The notes beneath the pieces were generated by a model. The model saw only the letters and a list, made by a program, of their open reading frames with translations. It ran no database searches and was not told the DNA's origin. The translations under genes and the position numbers were made by a program. This document shows, in pieces, positions 1-9,736 of a stretch of DNA of 64,000 bases. This DNA is from Candidatus Anderseniibacteriota bacterium. GTDB taxonomy: Bacteria; Patescibacteriota; JAUYIX01. The stretch lies in NCBI GenBank assembly GCA_046350855.1, contig JAXLZM010000003.1, forward strand, positions 12,311 to 76,310, written 5' to 3'. Within the stretch, counting starts at the first letter, position 1, and the number at the start of each line of letters is the position of its first letter.

Positions 1-1755
1 TTTCCGGAAGTAGCCGACGTCGGGAGCGGATTAGCAGCCCGACAAGCGGTGGTGGATGGCGAGATCGTGGCACTCGACACCAAAGGTCGTTCACGTTTTG
101 AGGGCCTCAAAACCGGTGGCAAGCGCAGCCTGCTGTATTACGTGTTTGATCTCCTCTATCTCGATGGCTACGACTTACGCAACGTCCCGCTGCTTGAGCG
201 TAAGGCACTCTTGCGCGCCATCACACGACCACATCCGCACCTCAAGTACACCGATCACATCGAGGGTGCGGGTGCGCAATTTTTTAGAGAGGTTACCAAG
301 GCGGGTCAAGAGGGCATGGTCGCCAAAGAACAAACAAGCCGCTATGAATCTGGCAAGCGCACCCGCACCTGGCTCAAGATCAAACAGGGATTAGGCCAAG
401 AGTTTGTCATCGGTGGCTGGCAAACGGGGCAAGGGACCCGCGAGTCGGTGGTCGGTAGTCTGCTCTTGGGTGTCTACCAGGACAAAAAGCTGATCCCAGT
501 CGGTCGAGTCGGCAGCGGGTTTGCGCAGCAGGAGTTGGTCCAACTCACCAAGCGGCTCAAAAGGCTGCGGGTGACCCGCTCCCCCTTTACTACGCCCGTC
601 GGGTTTAGAGCGGTGCACTTTGTGCGGCCTACCCTCGTCGCCCAAGTAAAATTTGAGGAGTGGACCTCGGACGGTCAGCTGCGTCAACCCGTTTTTTTGG
701 GCTTACGCGCGGATAAAAAGGCCAGGGAAGTGCTGCGTGAGACCCCCCAACACGTCTCGATCGAGCCGGCTGAACCCACTGCGACTCAAAAACAGCGCTC
801 ACAAGCGGACCCTGCGCTCAACCCAGTACTGCTCAGTGGTACAGAAAAAAATCTCGAAATGCCGGTTAATGGCAAAACCCTGGCCCTCACCAACCTCTCC
901 AAACCCTTTTGGAGCCGGCCACACCTCACTAAACGCGATGTCCTCAACTATTACTACCAGATCGCGCCGGTGGTTCTGCCTTATCTCAAAGATCGACCGC
1001 TGACCCTCAAGCGCTACCCCAACGGAGCAAATGGCGGATTTTTTTATCAAAAGAACGTCCCTGAGGCACACCCGCGTTTTGTGGAGACGGTACGCGTCCT
1101 CCATAGCGAAGGACCGACCCGTTACGTGGTCTGCAACGACGTGGAGACGTTGGTCTGGCTGGCCAACTTGGCCGATCTGGAGCTCCACCCTTGGTACTCG
1201 CGCCGTGGCTCACTCAACCATCCTGATTTTGTAGTATTTGACCTGGACCCGTCCGAGCCAAACGACCTCAAGAGCGTGCGGTCGATCGCCTTGGTTATTA
1301 AAGATGTCCTGGACCACTACGGCTTGGAGAGTTTTGCTAAATCTTCTGGCTCGCGTGGGATTCATATCTACGTCCCGATCAAACCGCATTTTACCTACGA
1401 TCAAACTAAACGGTTTGCTAAGCGCGTGACCGAGGTCGTGCACCACCTGGCTCCCAAACAAACGACCCTGGAGTTCCGCAAAGCAAAACGCCGCGGAGTC
1501 TACATTGACTACCTACAAAACATCAAAGGCAAAACACTCGCGAGTGCTTACAGTGTACGTGCTCGGCCGTTTGCCTCGGTCTCGGCCCCGCTCACCTGGC
1601 AGGAGGTCAAACGCGGCTTCAAAATTAAAGATTTTACGCTTACCACTATGCCCGCGCGCATCCGCACCTTGGGCGATCCATTTGCGCCAACTCTTGCCGG
1701 GGGCCAAGATCTCGGGCCGGCTCTCAAAAAAATTACAGCACTGCCACTGCCGTAA
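1..1755 (+). CDS. ligD: ATP-dependent DNA ligase LigD, C-terminal part of ligase/OB domain fused to primase-polymerase (LigD-Pol) domain; 5' partial, frame open to window start
   Basis: Frame of ORF 49..1755 has no stop back to nt 1. EGMVAK and WLKIKQ ligase motifs are followed by a LigD-Pol-like region (HPDFVVFDLDP, SSGSRGIHIYVPI). Confidence 0.8.
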   Translation, partial: FPEVADVGSGLAARQAVVDGEIVALDTKGRSRFEGLKTGGKRSLLYYVFDLLYLDGYDLRNVPLLERKALLRAITRPHPHLKYTDHIEGAGAQFFREVTKAGQEGMVAKEQTSRYESGKRTRTWLKIKQGLGQEFVIGGWQTGQGTRESVVGSLLLGVYQDKKLIPVGRVGSGFAQQELVQLTKRLKRLRVTRSPFTTPVGFRAVHFVRPTLVAQVKFEEWTSDGQLRQPVFLGLRADKKAREVLRETPQHVSIEPAEPTATQKQRSQADPALNPVLLSGTEKNLEMPVNGKTLALTNLSKPFWSRPHLTKRDVLNYYYQIAPVVLPYLKDRPLTLKRYPNGANGGFFYQKNVPEAHPRFVETVRVLHSEGPTRYVVCNDVETLVWLANLADLELHPWYSRRGSLNHPDFVVFDLDPSEPNDLKSVRSIALVIKDVLDHYGLESFAKSSGSRGIHIYVPIKPHFTYDQTKRFAKRVTEVVHHLAPKQTTLEFRKAKRRGVYIDYLQNIKGKTLASAYSVRARPFASVSAPLTWQEVKRGFKIKDFTLTTMPARIRTLGDPFAPTLAGGQDLGPALKKITALPLP

Positions 1756-3460
1756 CGGCCAGGCCACTGGCCAAAAGACTGACCAGCGGAGTGAGCCACC
1801 ACAGCCGCTCTAGCCGCCGCAATCGACGCAAAAGCCAGGGTAGCTCGGAGAGCAGCGTTGAGCGGATCAAGATCTGCAGCGCGGGTTCACGCAAGGCCGG
1901 CCCTGCTCCCAAAAAACCCACCCCCAAACCGGATTGGGTCAACATAGCGTGGTCCGAACGCGGGTCACCAAGCGCCAAAACCTCGAGATTAGGCAGTTGT
2001 GCGACGTGCGCTTTTTTACGCTCGGCCGAAGTGTGTGCAAAAGCGTGACTAGAGGCGATCCCAAGACTGGCCGCCATAGCGCGCACAACTAGGGGTGAGT
2101 CACCCGAGACGAGATGCACCTGCTGAACCCCGGCAGCTCGCAATCCCGCCACCAACGCTTGGGCCGAGGGGCGCGGTACGTCTTTAAGAATCAGTGCACC
2201 CAAGACCTGGCGATCGCTCAAAACATAAATGACGGTAGCACCTTGCGACTCTTGGAGTTTAGCGCGCCGCTGCATGGCCTCGTCCAACGAAAGATGCCAA
2301 TGGGTCAGGAGCTGCAGGTTACCGACCGCAAAGCGCTCGCCCTCAATCTCACCCTCGACCCCGTTACCGGACTTGAGCACGACGTGCTCGGCCGCAGGGA
2401 TGGTGAGATGTTCGGCCGCAACGGTTTGCTTGATAGTACGGGCAATCGGGTGATCAATGGTGAACTCCAAAGCCGCCGCCACCCGTAAAACATCCTCGCG
2501 GGCTAAGTTATTTGCCGTCATGACCTGCAAGACCCCCGGAGCACCGCTCGTGAGAGTCCCCGTTTTGTCGAGTACCGCCGTTTTAATCTGTCGAGCACGT
2601 CGGACGGCCTGCCAAGTAGTGAGCAGCAAAAAACGTTTGCCACTCTCAACTAGGAGCCGCACCCAAGCCACGCGACTGAGAAGTGAGCCGAGCCACCAGA
2701 CTCCCCCGAGAGCCAGCCAGGCCACTTGCGTCCGATCTGCGGCAAAAAACCACCAGGCTATGACGGTCGCACTCCAGACGAGCTGGGTGCCAAACAAGAG
2801 GAGTTCCATGCGTTGTACATAGGGTGGCAACTGTCGAATTACCCGATTGGCAATCTGATTGAGAATAGCCATGCTGGTCTCTTGGCCCACGTAGACCGCA
2901 TCGACCAGCAGGCGTGAGACGGCGAGCGTGCCGGCTATGAGCATTTCGCCGGCTACTTTGCGCTCGTGCTGCGGAGCTCCGGGGAGCAGCACGCGAGCCG
3001 AAGTACTGATTAGACGACCATCCACTGGGATATGTTCACCCGGCAACACTAAGACACGATCGTGTAGTTGGATCGCACTGGCAGGAATACGTTCTTCGCG
3101 GCTCAAGCGTTCTACCCGTACCAAGCTGGCCGGTGGCGGAAAGGTCGCCAAAAAACGCGCGGTACGTGTGCGTAACGCAACATCGAGGAGCAAGATAAAG
3201 GCCGCTCCGATCAGGGCAACCAAGGCAGCACTCTGCTGCGCCCCTGCTCCAAGTAAAAGGGCGGTCGCAATTACAATAGTCTGGCCGATGCTGGGGGTAC
3301 GCCGCAGCGCCGCGCGGGTTGCCAAAGCCAAGAGGGGCAAGAGGGTAAGCAGGATAAACACCACTTGCAGACCACCGTGCACAAAAAGCGCAACAACACC
3401 GAGGATAAGACTCGCGGTTAGCCAGGCGATAAAACGAGAAGGTGCGCGCAAAACCTGCAT
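1733..3460 (-). CDS. Cation-transporting P-type ATPase, short form (DKTGTLT phosphorylation motif; no CPx metal motif found)
   Basis: LDKTGTLT motif, multiple TM segments and HAD-like C-terminal region. Start moved to MQVL (ATG 3458-3460), which abuts the stop of the upstream ORF. Confidence 0.65.
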   Translation of the reverse strand: MQVLRAPSRFIAWLTASLILGVVALFVHGGLQVVFILLTLLPLLALATRAALRRTPSIGQTIVIATALLLGAGAQQSAALVALIGAAFILLLDVALRTRTARFLATFPPPASLVRVERLSREERIPASAIQLHDRVLVLPGEHIPVDGRLISTSARVLLPGAPQHERKVAGEMLIAGTLAVSRLLVDAVYVGQETSMAILNQIANRVIRQLPPYVQRMELLLFGTQLVWSATVIAWWFFAADRTQVAWLALGGVWWLGSLLSRVAWVRLLVESGKRFLLLTTWQAVRRARQIKTAVLDKTGTLTSGAPGVLQVMTANNLAREDVLRVAAALEFTIDHPIARTIKQTVAAEHLTIPAAEHVVLKSGNGVEGEIEGERFAVGNLQLLTHWHLSLDEAMQRRAKLQESQGATVIYVLSDRQVLGALILKDVPRPSAQALVAGLRAAGVQQVHLVSGDSPLVVRAMAASLGIASSHAFAHTSAERKKAHVAQLPNLEVLALGDPRSDHAMLTQSGLGVGFLGAGPALREPALQILIRSTLLSELPWLLRRLRRLERLWWLTPLVSLLASGLAVTAVAVL

Positions 3461-3461
3461 A

Positions 3462-3860
3462 TCAAATGTAGATGATCGGCAGATACACAAACACCAAAAT
3501 AGTGACGATACCGATCAACGCCAGAGCGATAATGCCGGTCACGGTAACGCGGTTAGAGACCACAAAATCATTGTAGGAGTCGATCCAACTGCCGTGTTCA
3601 TCCTTACGGGCAAAAGCGGTAAAGGTTTTAAAGGGACCGAGCAGCAAAAAGTGCGGTGAGATGATCAACTGGATCAAAACGCGATAGCCACTGTAGCTAA
3701 GGTAATAGCGAGGGTTGGAGATAGTATGTGCCGCATGCCGCTCGCGCAGTCGATCGAGACGGGCCTTGAGTACCCGGTAGATTTTGACAAGCATGGTCAA
3801 ATTGTACCATTCAAAGGGGTTATTTTGGCGCGGCGAACCGGTTTTCCCCATGCTACACAC
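3462..3860 (-). CDS. Hypothetical small membrane protein, translationally coupled to the P-type ATPase
   Basis: 132-aa ORF with a C-terminal hydrophobic segment. Its stop overlaps the ATPase start region (stop 3462-3464, ATG 3458-3460). Confidence 0.4.
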   Translation of the reverse strand: MCSMGKTGSPRQNNPFEWYNLTMLVKIYRVLKARLDRLRERHAAHTISNPRYYLSYSGYRVLIQLIISPHFLLLGPFKTFTAFARKDEHGSWIDSYNDFVVSNRVTVTGIIALALIGIVTILVFVYLPIIYI

Positions 3861-3924
3861 AGTTCGCCGGCAGAACTTGCAATAGTTTCACAGCTATTTA
3901 AGGATTGCAGTGTACGGTACTGCC

Positions 3925-4602
3925 ATGAAAATCCTCGTTGTCGAAGATGAGCCGGAGATCTCCCGCTACCTCGAACGCGGGCTCAACCGTCGCAATTACT
4001 CGGTGGATGTGGTCGACGATGGACGGTTGGGGTTGTTTAACGCCGCGGTCAACCGCTACGACATTATTTTGTGCGATTACATGCTCCCCCACCGGGATGG
4101 GATCAGTTTGACACGCGAGTTACGGGAGCGCTCGGTCGGGACCCCCCTGCTCATGCTGACCGTGGTGGACGATTTACAGACTAAAATCCGAGCGTTGGAT
4201 GCGGGCGTGGATGATTTTTTATGTAAACCCTTTGCTTTTGATGAACTGTTGGCCCGCATGCGCGCTTTGCTGCGACGACAGCAATCCTGGCAGGGCGACA
4301 TAGTGCGCGCGGGGGACCTGGCACTCAACGTCAAAGCCCACGAGGCGGTGCGGGATGGCAAAACGATTTCGCTCTCGCGCAAAGAGTTTATGTTGCTGGA
4401 ATACTTAATGCGTAACCAAGGCCGGGTAGTAACCCGTAGTGAACTACTCGAGCACGTCTGGGACAGCGCAACCGATCAGTTCACCAACTCGATTGAGGTG
4501 CACATTTTGTACCTACGTAAAAAAATCGATGTGCCGTTTGGGCCGGCGCGTAAGTTACTCCATACCGTGCACGGCCTGGGCTACAAGCTCTGTCCGGCGT
4601 AG
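3925..4602 (+). CDS. OmpR-family two-component response regulator (receiver plus winged-helix DNA-binding domain)
   Basis: MKILVVEDEPEI receiver N-terminus with a conserved Asp in ILCDYMLP, and a C-terminal winged helix (LTRKEFMLLEYLM). The ATG at 3925 is preferred over the GTG at 3910. Confidence 0.85.
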   Translation: MKILVVEDEPEISRYLERGLNRRNYSVDVVDDGRLGLFNAAVNRYDIILCDYMLPHRDGISLTRELRERSVGTPLLMLTVVDDLQTKIRALDAGVDDFLCKPFAFDELLARMRALLRRQQSWQGDIVRAGDLALNVKAHEAVRDGKTISLSRKEFMLLEYLMRNQGRVVTRSELLEHVWDSATDQFTNSIEVHILYLRKKIDVPFGPARKLLHTVHGLGYKLCPA

Positions 4603-4609
4603 CGTATCT

Positions 4610-5779
4610 TTAGGCAAAAGCACCAAAGACACCGTCGTCCTGGGGTTGAAGTTCGGTTTGGCGCGGGGCCTTAATGACGCGTTCAAAGAGTTGCAAATAC
4701 TGCGGGATGACCGTACTCCAATCAAAGCGCGCTTTGACGTAGGCCCGGCCGTTGCGCCCAAACTGCGCGCGACGCTCGGGGTTTGCTAGGAGCTCACGGA
4801 CCTGTTGGGCAAGCTGGAGATGGTCACGCGGATCTTGGTAGAGCTGGCCCGAAAAACCCGAGATGACCGCCTCAGAGATACCGCCGACGTCGGGCGCAAC
4901 GGCCGGCAACTGACAGGCCAAAGCTTCGAGCAACACGATTCCGAGCGCCTCACTGCGGGCCGCGTGCACAAAAAGATCGGCGGCATTATAGAGTTCTGGC
5001 AAACGTTCGTTCGCAACCGTGCCCAAAAACTGTACTCGCGCTGCGACTCCGAGGGTCTGTGCTAAGTCTTTGTAGACTTTTTCTTTGGTGGTGCTGCCGC
5101 TGCCGACTAACAGTAGTTCGGCCTCCGGTAACTCTTGGAGGGCGCGCAAAAGGGTCGCGATGTTTTTGTGGGCGGCGAGCTTGCCATTGGCAAACAAAAC
5201 CTGCGGCTGGCGAACCCCAAGACGCTGACGGACCAAAGCTTTGTCATGGGGAGTGCGCTGAGTAAAACGCTCTGTATCAACACCCGGGTAAATCACCTGG
5301 ATCCGCTCGGGTTCGCTATACGTGGCGAGATGCGATTTGACGTAATTACTGACCGCCACGATCGCATCGGCTTGGGCCAGTAAAATGTGGCCGACCGCTT
5401 GCATGTAGCTGTTCACCAAAAAACGAGTGGTGGGACTATAGAGTGACCAGCCGTGCTGCACCACCACAAACTTGGCTTTAGTCTCACGCTTGAGCCAAGG
5501 TAAGGCGCGGGTCTCGGGGTAGCCGACACCTTGAAACACAACCAAGTCGTACTGACCGACGGTAATAAAATCACGTACCTCGCGGTAAATACTTGAGGCC
5601 GGCCGAACGATGCGCCAGTACTGCTGCTGCACCAACGCCTTATCCTGATCCTCACGCCAGGGCATGATCTCCGCTACATGGCCACGGGCCCGCAGGGCCC
5701 GGACCAGTTCGGTCTCAACCCTAATAATGCCGCTCACCAGGTGGCGAGAGTATCCGCTATGAATAAATGCAACGCGCAT
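4610..5779 (-). CDS. Glycosyltransferase family 1 (GT4-like)
   Basis: The C-terminal half has the GT1 EX7E-like region (LLLVGSG...LPELYNAADLFV...EALGIVLLEALACQLPAVA). Confidence 0.75.
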   Translation of the reverse strand: MRVAFIHSGYSRHLVSGIIRVETELVRALRARGHVAEIMPWREDQDKALVQQQYWRIVRPASSIYREVRDFITVGQYDLVVFQGVGYPETRALPWLKRETKAKFVVVQHGWSLYSPTTRFLVNSYMQAVGHILLAQADAIVAVSNYVKSHLATYSEPERIQVIYPGVDTERFTQRTPHDKALVRQRLGVRQPQVLFANGKLAAHKNIATLLRALQELPEAELLLVGSGSTTKEKVYKDLAQTLGVAARVQFLGTVANERLPELYNAADLFVHAARSEALGIVLLEALACQLPAVAPDVGGISEAVISGFSGQLYQDPRDHLQLAQQVRELLANPERRAQFGRNGRAYVKARFDWSTVIPQYLQLFERVIKAPRQTELQPQDDGVFGAFA

Positions 5780-5782
5780 TGG

Positions 5783-6367
5783 TTATGCGCTTTTTCTACT
5801 CCGCCTCCCGGGCTTACGCAAGACCATACTGGCAGCAAGGCCGGAGACACCCAAACTTGCGATCCCCGACAAGACCAAGACCTCGGCGCCCGTTGTAGGT
5901 GAGCTACCTGGTAGTGCGCTGCCTGAGGAGAGCGAGGTCGAACTTGCCGAGGTCACACTGGGCCGATTGAGAAAATCGTTAGGTGTGTTACCCGCTTGCA
6001 AGAGCTGATTGACCGGGGCCGGATTGACACTGACCGGAGTGTTGACGCTGTTTGTCTGGGGTTGCGAGCTCACAGGGGTACTGACCGGCGTCACGTTGGC
6101 GCTGGGGGTCTGCGTAGTGGGTGTGGTCGCTACCGGAGTGGTTGAGACCGCGTTACTACCGCTCCCACCCGAGGAGTTACTAACGATATCGACCAAGGAT
6201 TGTGTCTGAACCGCACCCGGGGTCGTTTGAGTAGCTACGTCGGCGAGCGAAGTACCATTTTGTTGGCCGCTGACAAAAAAGTAGGCCAAGGCAGCCCCGC
6301 CACCGACGGCAACGACCAGGATCAAAATCCAATACACGACCTTTTCTCGGGAAGTAATCTCTGCCAT
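5783..6367 (-). CDS. Thr/Ser/Pro-rich surface protein with N-terminal TM anchor and a C-terminal sorting-signal-like end (LPGSS, hydrophobic stretch, RKPGRRSRKSA)
   Basis: Low-complexity T/S/P/V repeats. The C-terminus has the tripartite architecture of a cell-wall sorting signal. Confidence 0.5.
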   Translation of the reverse strand: MAEITSREKVVYWILILVVAVGGGAALAYFFVSGQQNGTSLADVATQTTPGAVQTQSLVDIVSNSSGGSGSNAVSTTPVATTPTTQTPSANVTPVSTPVSSQPQTNSVNTPVSVNPAPVNQLLQAGNTPNDFLNRPSVTSASSTSLSSGSALPGSSPTTGAEVLVLSGIASLGVSGLAASMVLRKPGRRSRKSA

Positions 6368-6426
6368 AAGACCGGCCTAGTATACCATTGCGATAGGCCG
6401 CTAACTAGGGTACTATCCCGCCGCTC

Positions 6427-6502
6427 GGGTCGGTAGCTCAATCGGTAGAGCAGGGGCCTCTTAAGCCCAAGGTTGAGAGTTCGATCCTCTCCCGACCCAC
6501 CA
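6427..6502 (+). tRNA. tRNA-Lys (anticodon CTT), CCA encoded
   Basis: Acceptor GGGTCGG/CCGACCC, anticodon loop cTCTTAAg, T-arm GTTCGATCC. Confidence 0.85.
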
Positions 6503-6507
6503 GATGG

Positions 6508-8322
6508 ATGCGCTACACTTTGCGCATGTCTTTTGGCGTTGGCCGAACCACAAAAATCGGAGTCGCAAAACTCGGCACGTTACTCGCGATTGGAGCACTC
6601 TTGGTCACTCTGGGGAGTGCCGCCTTGGTACGTCCGCACGTAACATCGCCAGAGGTGGCGCAGCTACCCCGTCCGTACTTTAGTCAAAGTGAGTCGTGGT
6701 TCGGCCGGGGGAATCTTATTAACCTTGATACTGCACCGGATGCAACGGATACCAGCTCGAGCACTACTACGTCGGACGAACAACCCTTGGTTCCACCCGA
6801 ACAACTCTGGACCGTGGCTGGGACCAACACGGTCTCACTCAACTGGACACGCCAAGCGGGAGCAAGCGGCTATCACGTGCACTATCGACCGGCCAGCCAG
6901 GCCAGTGACCTGACGGCCGAGGTCGCCGCGCCCTTTTTTACCGTCCGCAATGCCAAACCCAACACCAGCTACGAATTTGCGGTGGCAAGTGTAGACGAGA
7001 AGGGCATTGAGAGTCCGTTTAGTGCCCGGATGGCGGTGACCCCGACCTCGTTGACCTCGACCACACGTATCGAGCGCGCCGACCTCACCGTGGGAGCGTG
7101 GCTCCCCCCCGGCTGGGAGAACAGCGACGTGCAAGCCTCCTTTGAGCGAGCAAGTGGTACGCTCAGTGTGGTCAATCCTTTTTGGTACAACTTTTCGAGT
7201 AGCGGGCAGCTCGAGGCCAAGGGTTCTGCCAAAAATCCGGAGGTGGTAGCCCGGGCGCACCAAGCCGGCATGCGCGTGATCGTGACGGTGACCAATAACT
7301 ACGATCCAGAGCGGGTCAGTGCGTTTTTAAAAAATTCTGAGTTGCAGGAGCGGTTCATCCAAGACGTCGCAACCGAGCTCGGGATTTATAACTACGATGG
7401 GATCGATCTTGATTTTGAAAACGTACACACGAGCGATAAAGAAGCCTTTACCGATTTTGTCTTGCGTCTGGCGGCGGCGGTCCACAAGCAGGGCAAAGTG
7501 ATCGAGCTGACCGCCCAGGCCAAAAAAAGTGATACGGATACTTGGGATGGACCGGGCGCACTCGACCTCGAGCGGTTGCGCGAGGAGATCGATCGTTTTA
7601 AGCCTATGCTGTATGACTTTGCGCGGCCGGATACCGAACCAGGCGCGCTGGCACCACTCGCTTGGATCCGCGAGGTGTTGGGGTACTGGAAGAGCAAAGT
7701 CCCGGCCGAAAAAATTCAGGCCGCCCTCCCCCTCTATGGCTACGATTGGTCCCTCAGTAGCGAGGATGACATTGGGATTCAGTATGTGGATGTGCAGCAC
7801 ATTAAAAGTAAGTACAAAGTGAGTGAGGCCCTGGATCCCGCCAGTGGTGAGGTCAAACTCTCCTACTCGGACGAGCACGGTCCACGCACGGTTTTTTACC
7901 AAAATGCCGCGAGTGTCCAACAAAAAGTCGCGACGGTGCGGGCGGCAGGTATCTCGGCCGTAACGTTTTGGCTCTTGGGTGGCGAGGATCCGCAGACGTT
8001 TGAGGCCTTACGCGCTGCAACCAGTAAAACGACGGTCAGCTTGCAAAAACCGCTTAACATTGGACTCAAGCTTAAAGGGTCTGAGCTGGCGGTCTCGGTT
8101 TCTAAGTTTCCGGAGATTGATCACGTGACGGTGCTCTACGGCGCAGCACCCGATGCGCTCAACAAAAAACTGGAAAAACAAACTACTAGCTTGATCACGC
8201 TACCCGCCTTGCAACCGGGCGAGACCCGTTACATCCAAGCCATCGCCTACGACAAAAAAGGCGCCGAGATAAAAAAGAGCGGAATCGCTTTTATCGATAG
8301 TAGCCAGCAAAAAAAGCTATAA
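6508..8322 (+). CDS. Secreted protein with signal peptide, fibronectin type III domain and GH18 (chitinase-like) glycoside hydrolase domain
   Basis: N-terminal hydrophobic signal, an FN3-like segment (VSLNWTRQAGASGYHVHYRP) and the GH18 catalytic motif YDGIDLDFE. The start could instead be the downstream ATG at 6526. Confidence 0.7.
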   Translation: MRYTLRMSFGVGRTTKIGVAKLGTLLAIGALLVTLGSAALVRPHVTSPEVAQLPRPYFSQSESWFGRGNLINLDTAPDATDTSSSTTTSDEQPLVPPEQLWTVAGTNTVSLNWTRQAGASGYHVHYRPASQASDLTAEVAAPFFTVRNAKPNTSYEFAVASVDEKGIESPFSARMAVTPTSLTSTTRIERADLTVGAWLPPGWENSDVQASFERASGTLSVVNPFWYNFSSSGQLEAKGSAKNPEVVARAHQAGMRVIVTVTNNYDPERVSAFLKNSELQERFIQDVATELGIYNYDGIDLDFENVHTSDKEAFTDFVLRLAAAVHKQGKVIELTAQAKKSDTDTWDGPGALDLERLREEIDRFKPMLYDFARPDTEPGALAPLAWIREVLGYWKSKVPAEKIQAALPLYGYDWSLSSEDDIGIQYVDVQHIKSKYKVSEALDPASGEVKLSYSDEHGPRTVFYQNAASVQQKVATVRAAGISAVTFWLLGGEDPQTFEALRAATSKTTVSLQKPLNIGLKLKGSELAVSVSKFPEIDHVTVLYGAAPDALNKKLEKQTTSLITLPALQPGETRYIQAIAYDKKGAEIKKSGIAFIDSSQQKKL

Positions 8323-8365
8323 AAAAAGAGGCTCCAGCATTTTTTTACTGGAGCCATAGTTTTTA
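8321..8365. terminator. Bidirectional intrinsic terminator between convergent genes
   Basis: A-run, then stem GGCTCCAG/CTGGAGCC with a T-rich loop, then T-run. Confidence 0.6.
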
Positions 8366-9517
8366 TGCGAGAACCATCTCGGAAGCAACCGCGCTGTTTT
8401 CCCTGAACTGCTTTGCAAGTCGCAGTGCGTTGACCGTGCGATAGTTGCAGTCGGCCAACTGACCATAGTGCAAGTCCGGTGGAACCGTCATACGCTCGTA
8501 CTTGAGCTTGGCGATCGGCTGCCCGTGACGCAGGATTACCTTCTTGATTGGAGTGACCTCCATGACCAGCGGCTGACCTGTGCCTTGGCCCTGTTCGTCC
8601 AGTCCCCAACCAGGATCGATGTAGCCAGCCTGGTGCGAAATAAAGTGGCCCGTGCGCGAATCGAGCTGCACCATCTCACAGGCCAGATCTGGCGGAACCA
8701 CGACGAGCTCTCGAGAAGCAAGAACGTAGAAGCCACCCGGATGCAGGATGATCTGGCCTTGCACTGGTCGCATCTCGTTGAACCAAAAGCCTGGTTCGTA
8801 GTGTTTGACCTTGGCGAGATCAATGATGTCATCCGCTCCACGACACTCGTAGCCGACCACGGGCCCCTTGAGATCGACGGTCAGGTGTAGCGAACCATCG
8901 TTGTCCGTGATCTTGATGTCACGATACGCGATGGGTTGATGGTCTCGACCATAGAGTAAGCAGTGTTTGAGATATTCCACCTCCTGCTCGCTCTCGGTCA
9001 TACGCGTGTCAGCGTTGAACACCCGCATCTGGATAAGCGACTGCTCGGGTCCAAGCAACACGGGATACGAACCTGGCTGGATCAAAACCCACAGCTCGCC
9101 TGAGAAACCACGGGGCACGGTGTCGAAACGCGGCACCCCGTCGGCGATGAGCCGGGTGAGGATGTCGTTGCGTCCGGTCGTGGACTTGGGGTTGGTATAC
9201 CCGTAGAGCGAGTGCGGCATGGAGACCCGCTGCGCGATACGAGCAACGTAAGCACTCCCCCGAGAAAGAGGCGTGTCATAGCGATGTCTTGTCGCACCCA
9301 TCTGCGCAAGCACCTCGCGAACGGTCTCTCCGCACTGTGGCTGAAAGTCGCCGCGGACGAAGTAGAGCTCGTCCGGCTCGATGGTCAGATCGAGGGAGCT
9401 TGGTCGCACCGTCGGGTAGCACTTACGCTTGTCATCGTAGGGAACACCGGTGATGCACTTGGCCGCGATGAGACGGCTGATTTCACTGTCCGGAAAAGCT
9501 CCAACACGGGTTGGCAT
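8363..9517 (-). CDS. 2'-deoxycytidine 5'-triphosphate deaminase (DCD)-family / dUTPase-superfamily protein, two-barrel form
   Basis: AGYIDPGWG resembles the Dcd/dUTPase GxIDPGxxG motif. The length of about 380 aa is consistent with tandem dUTPase-like barrels. Confidence 0.45.
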   Translation of the reverse strand: MPTRVGAFPDSEISRLIAAKCITGVPYDDKRKCYPTVRPSSLDLTIEPDELYFVRGDFQPQCGETVREVLAQMGATRHRYDTPLSRGSAYVARIAQRVSMPHSLYGYTNPKSTTGRNDILTRLIADGVPRFDTVPRGFSGELWVLIQPGSYPVLLGPEQSLIQMRVFNADTRMTESEQEVEYLKHCLLYGRDHQPIAYRDIKITDNDGSLHLTVDLKGPVVGYECRGADDIIDLAKVKHYEPGFWFNEMRPVQGQIILHPGGFYVLASRELVVVPPDLACEMVQLDSRTGHFISHQAGYIDPGWGLDEQGQGTGQPLVMEVTPIKKVILRHGQPIAKLKYERMTVPPDLHYGQLADCNYRTVNALRLAKQFRENSAVASEMVLA

Positions 9518-9641
9518 TTGTTGTACTCCTTTCGCGGCCTGGTAATGAGCTCAAGGAACTCGAGACTAGATGTACCTGGTTTGCTGGATGAGTGCAAGAC
9601 GTTGACTAAAGCATGCTGCAACTCTAAGGTTGGTTGAGCTG

Positions 9642-9715
9642 GGCGACGTGACCGAGCGGCCAGGTAGGGGTCTGCAAAACCCCGTACGGCGGTTCAACTC
9701 CGCCCGTCGCCTCCA
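9642..9715 (+). tRNA. tRNA-Cys (anticodon GCA), U73 discriminator, CCA encoded
   Basis: Acceptor GGCGACG/CGTCGCC, anticodon stem GGGGT/ACCCC with loop CTGCAAA, T-arm GGCGGTTCAACTCCGCC. Confidence 0.8.
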
Positions 9716-9736
9716 CTACAATTGCAAGCAGCTGGA

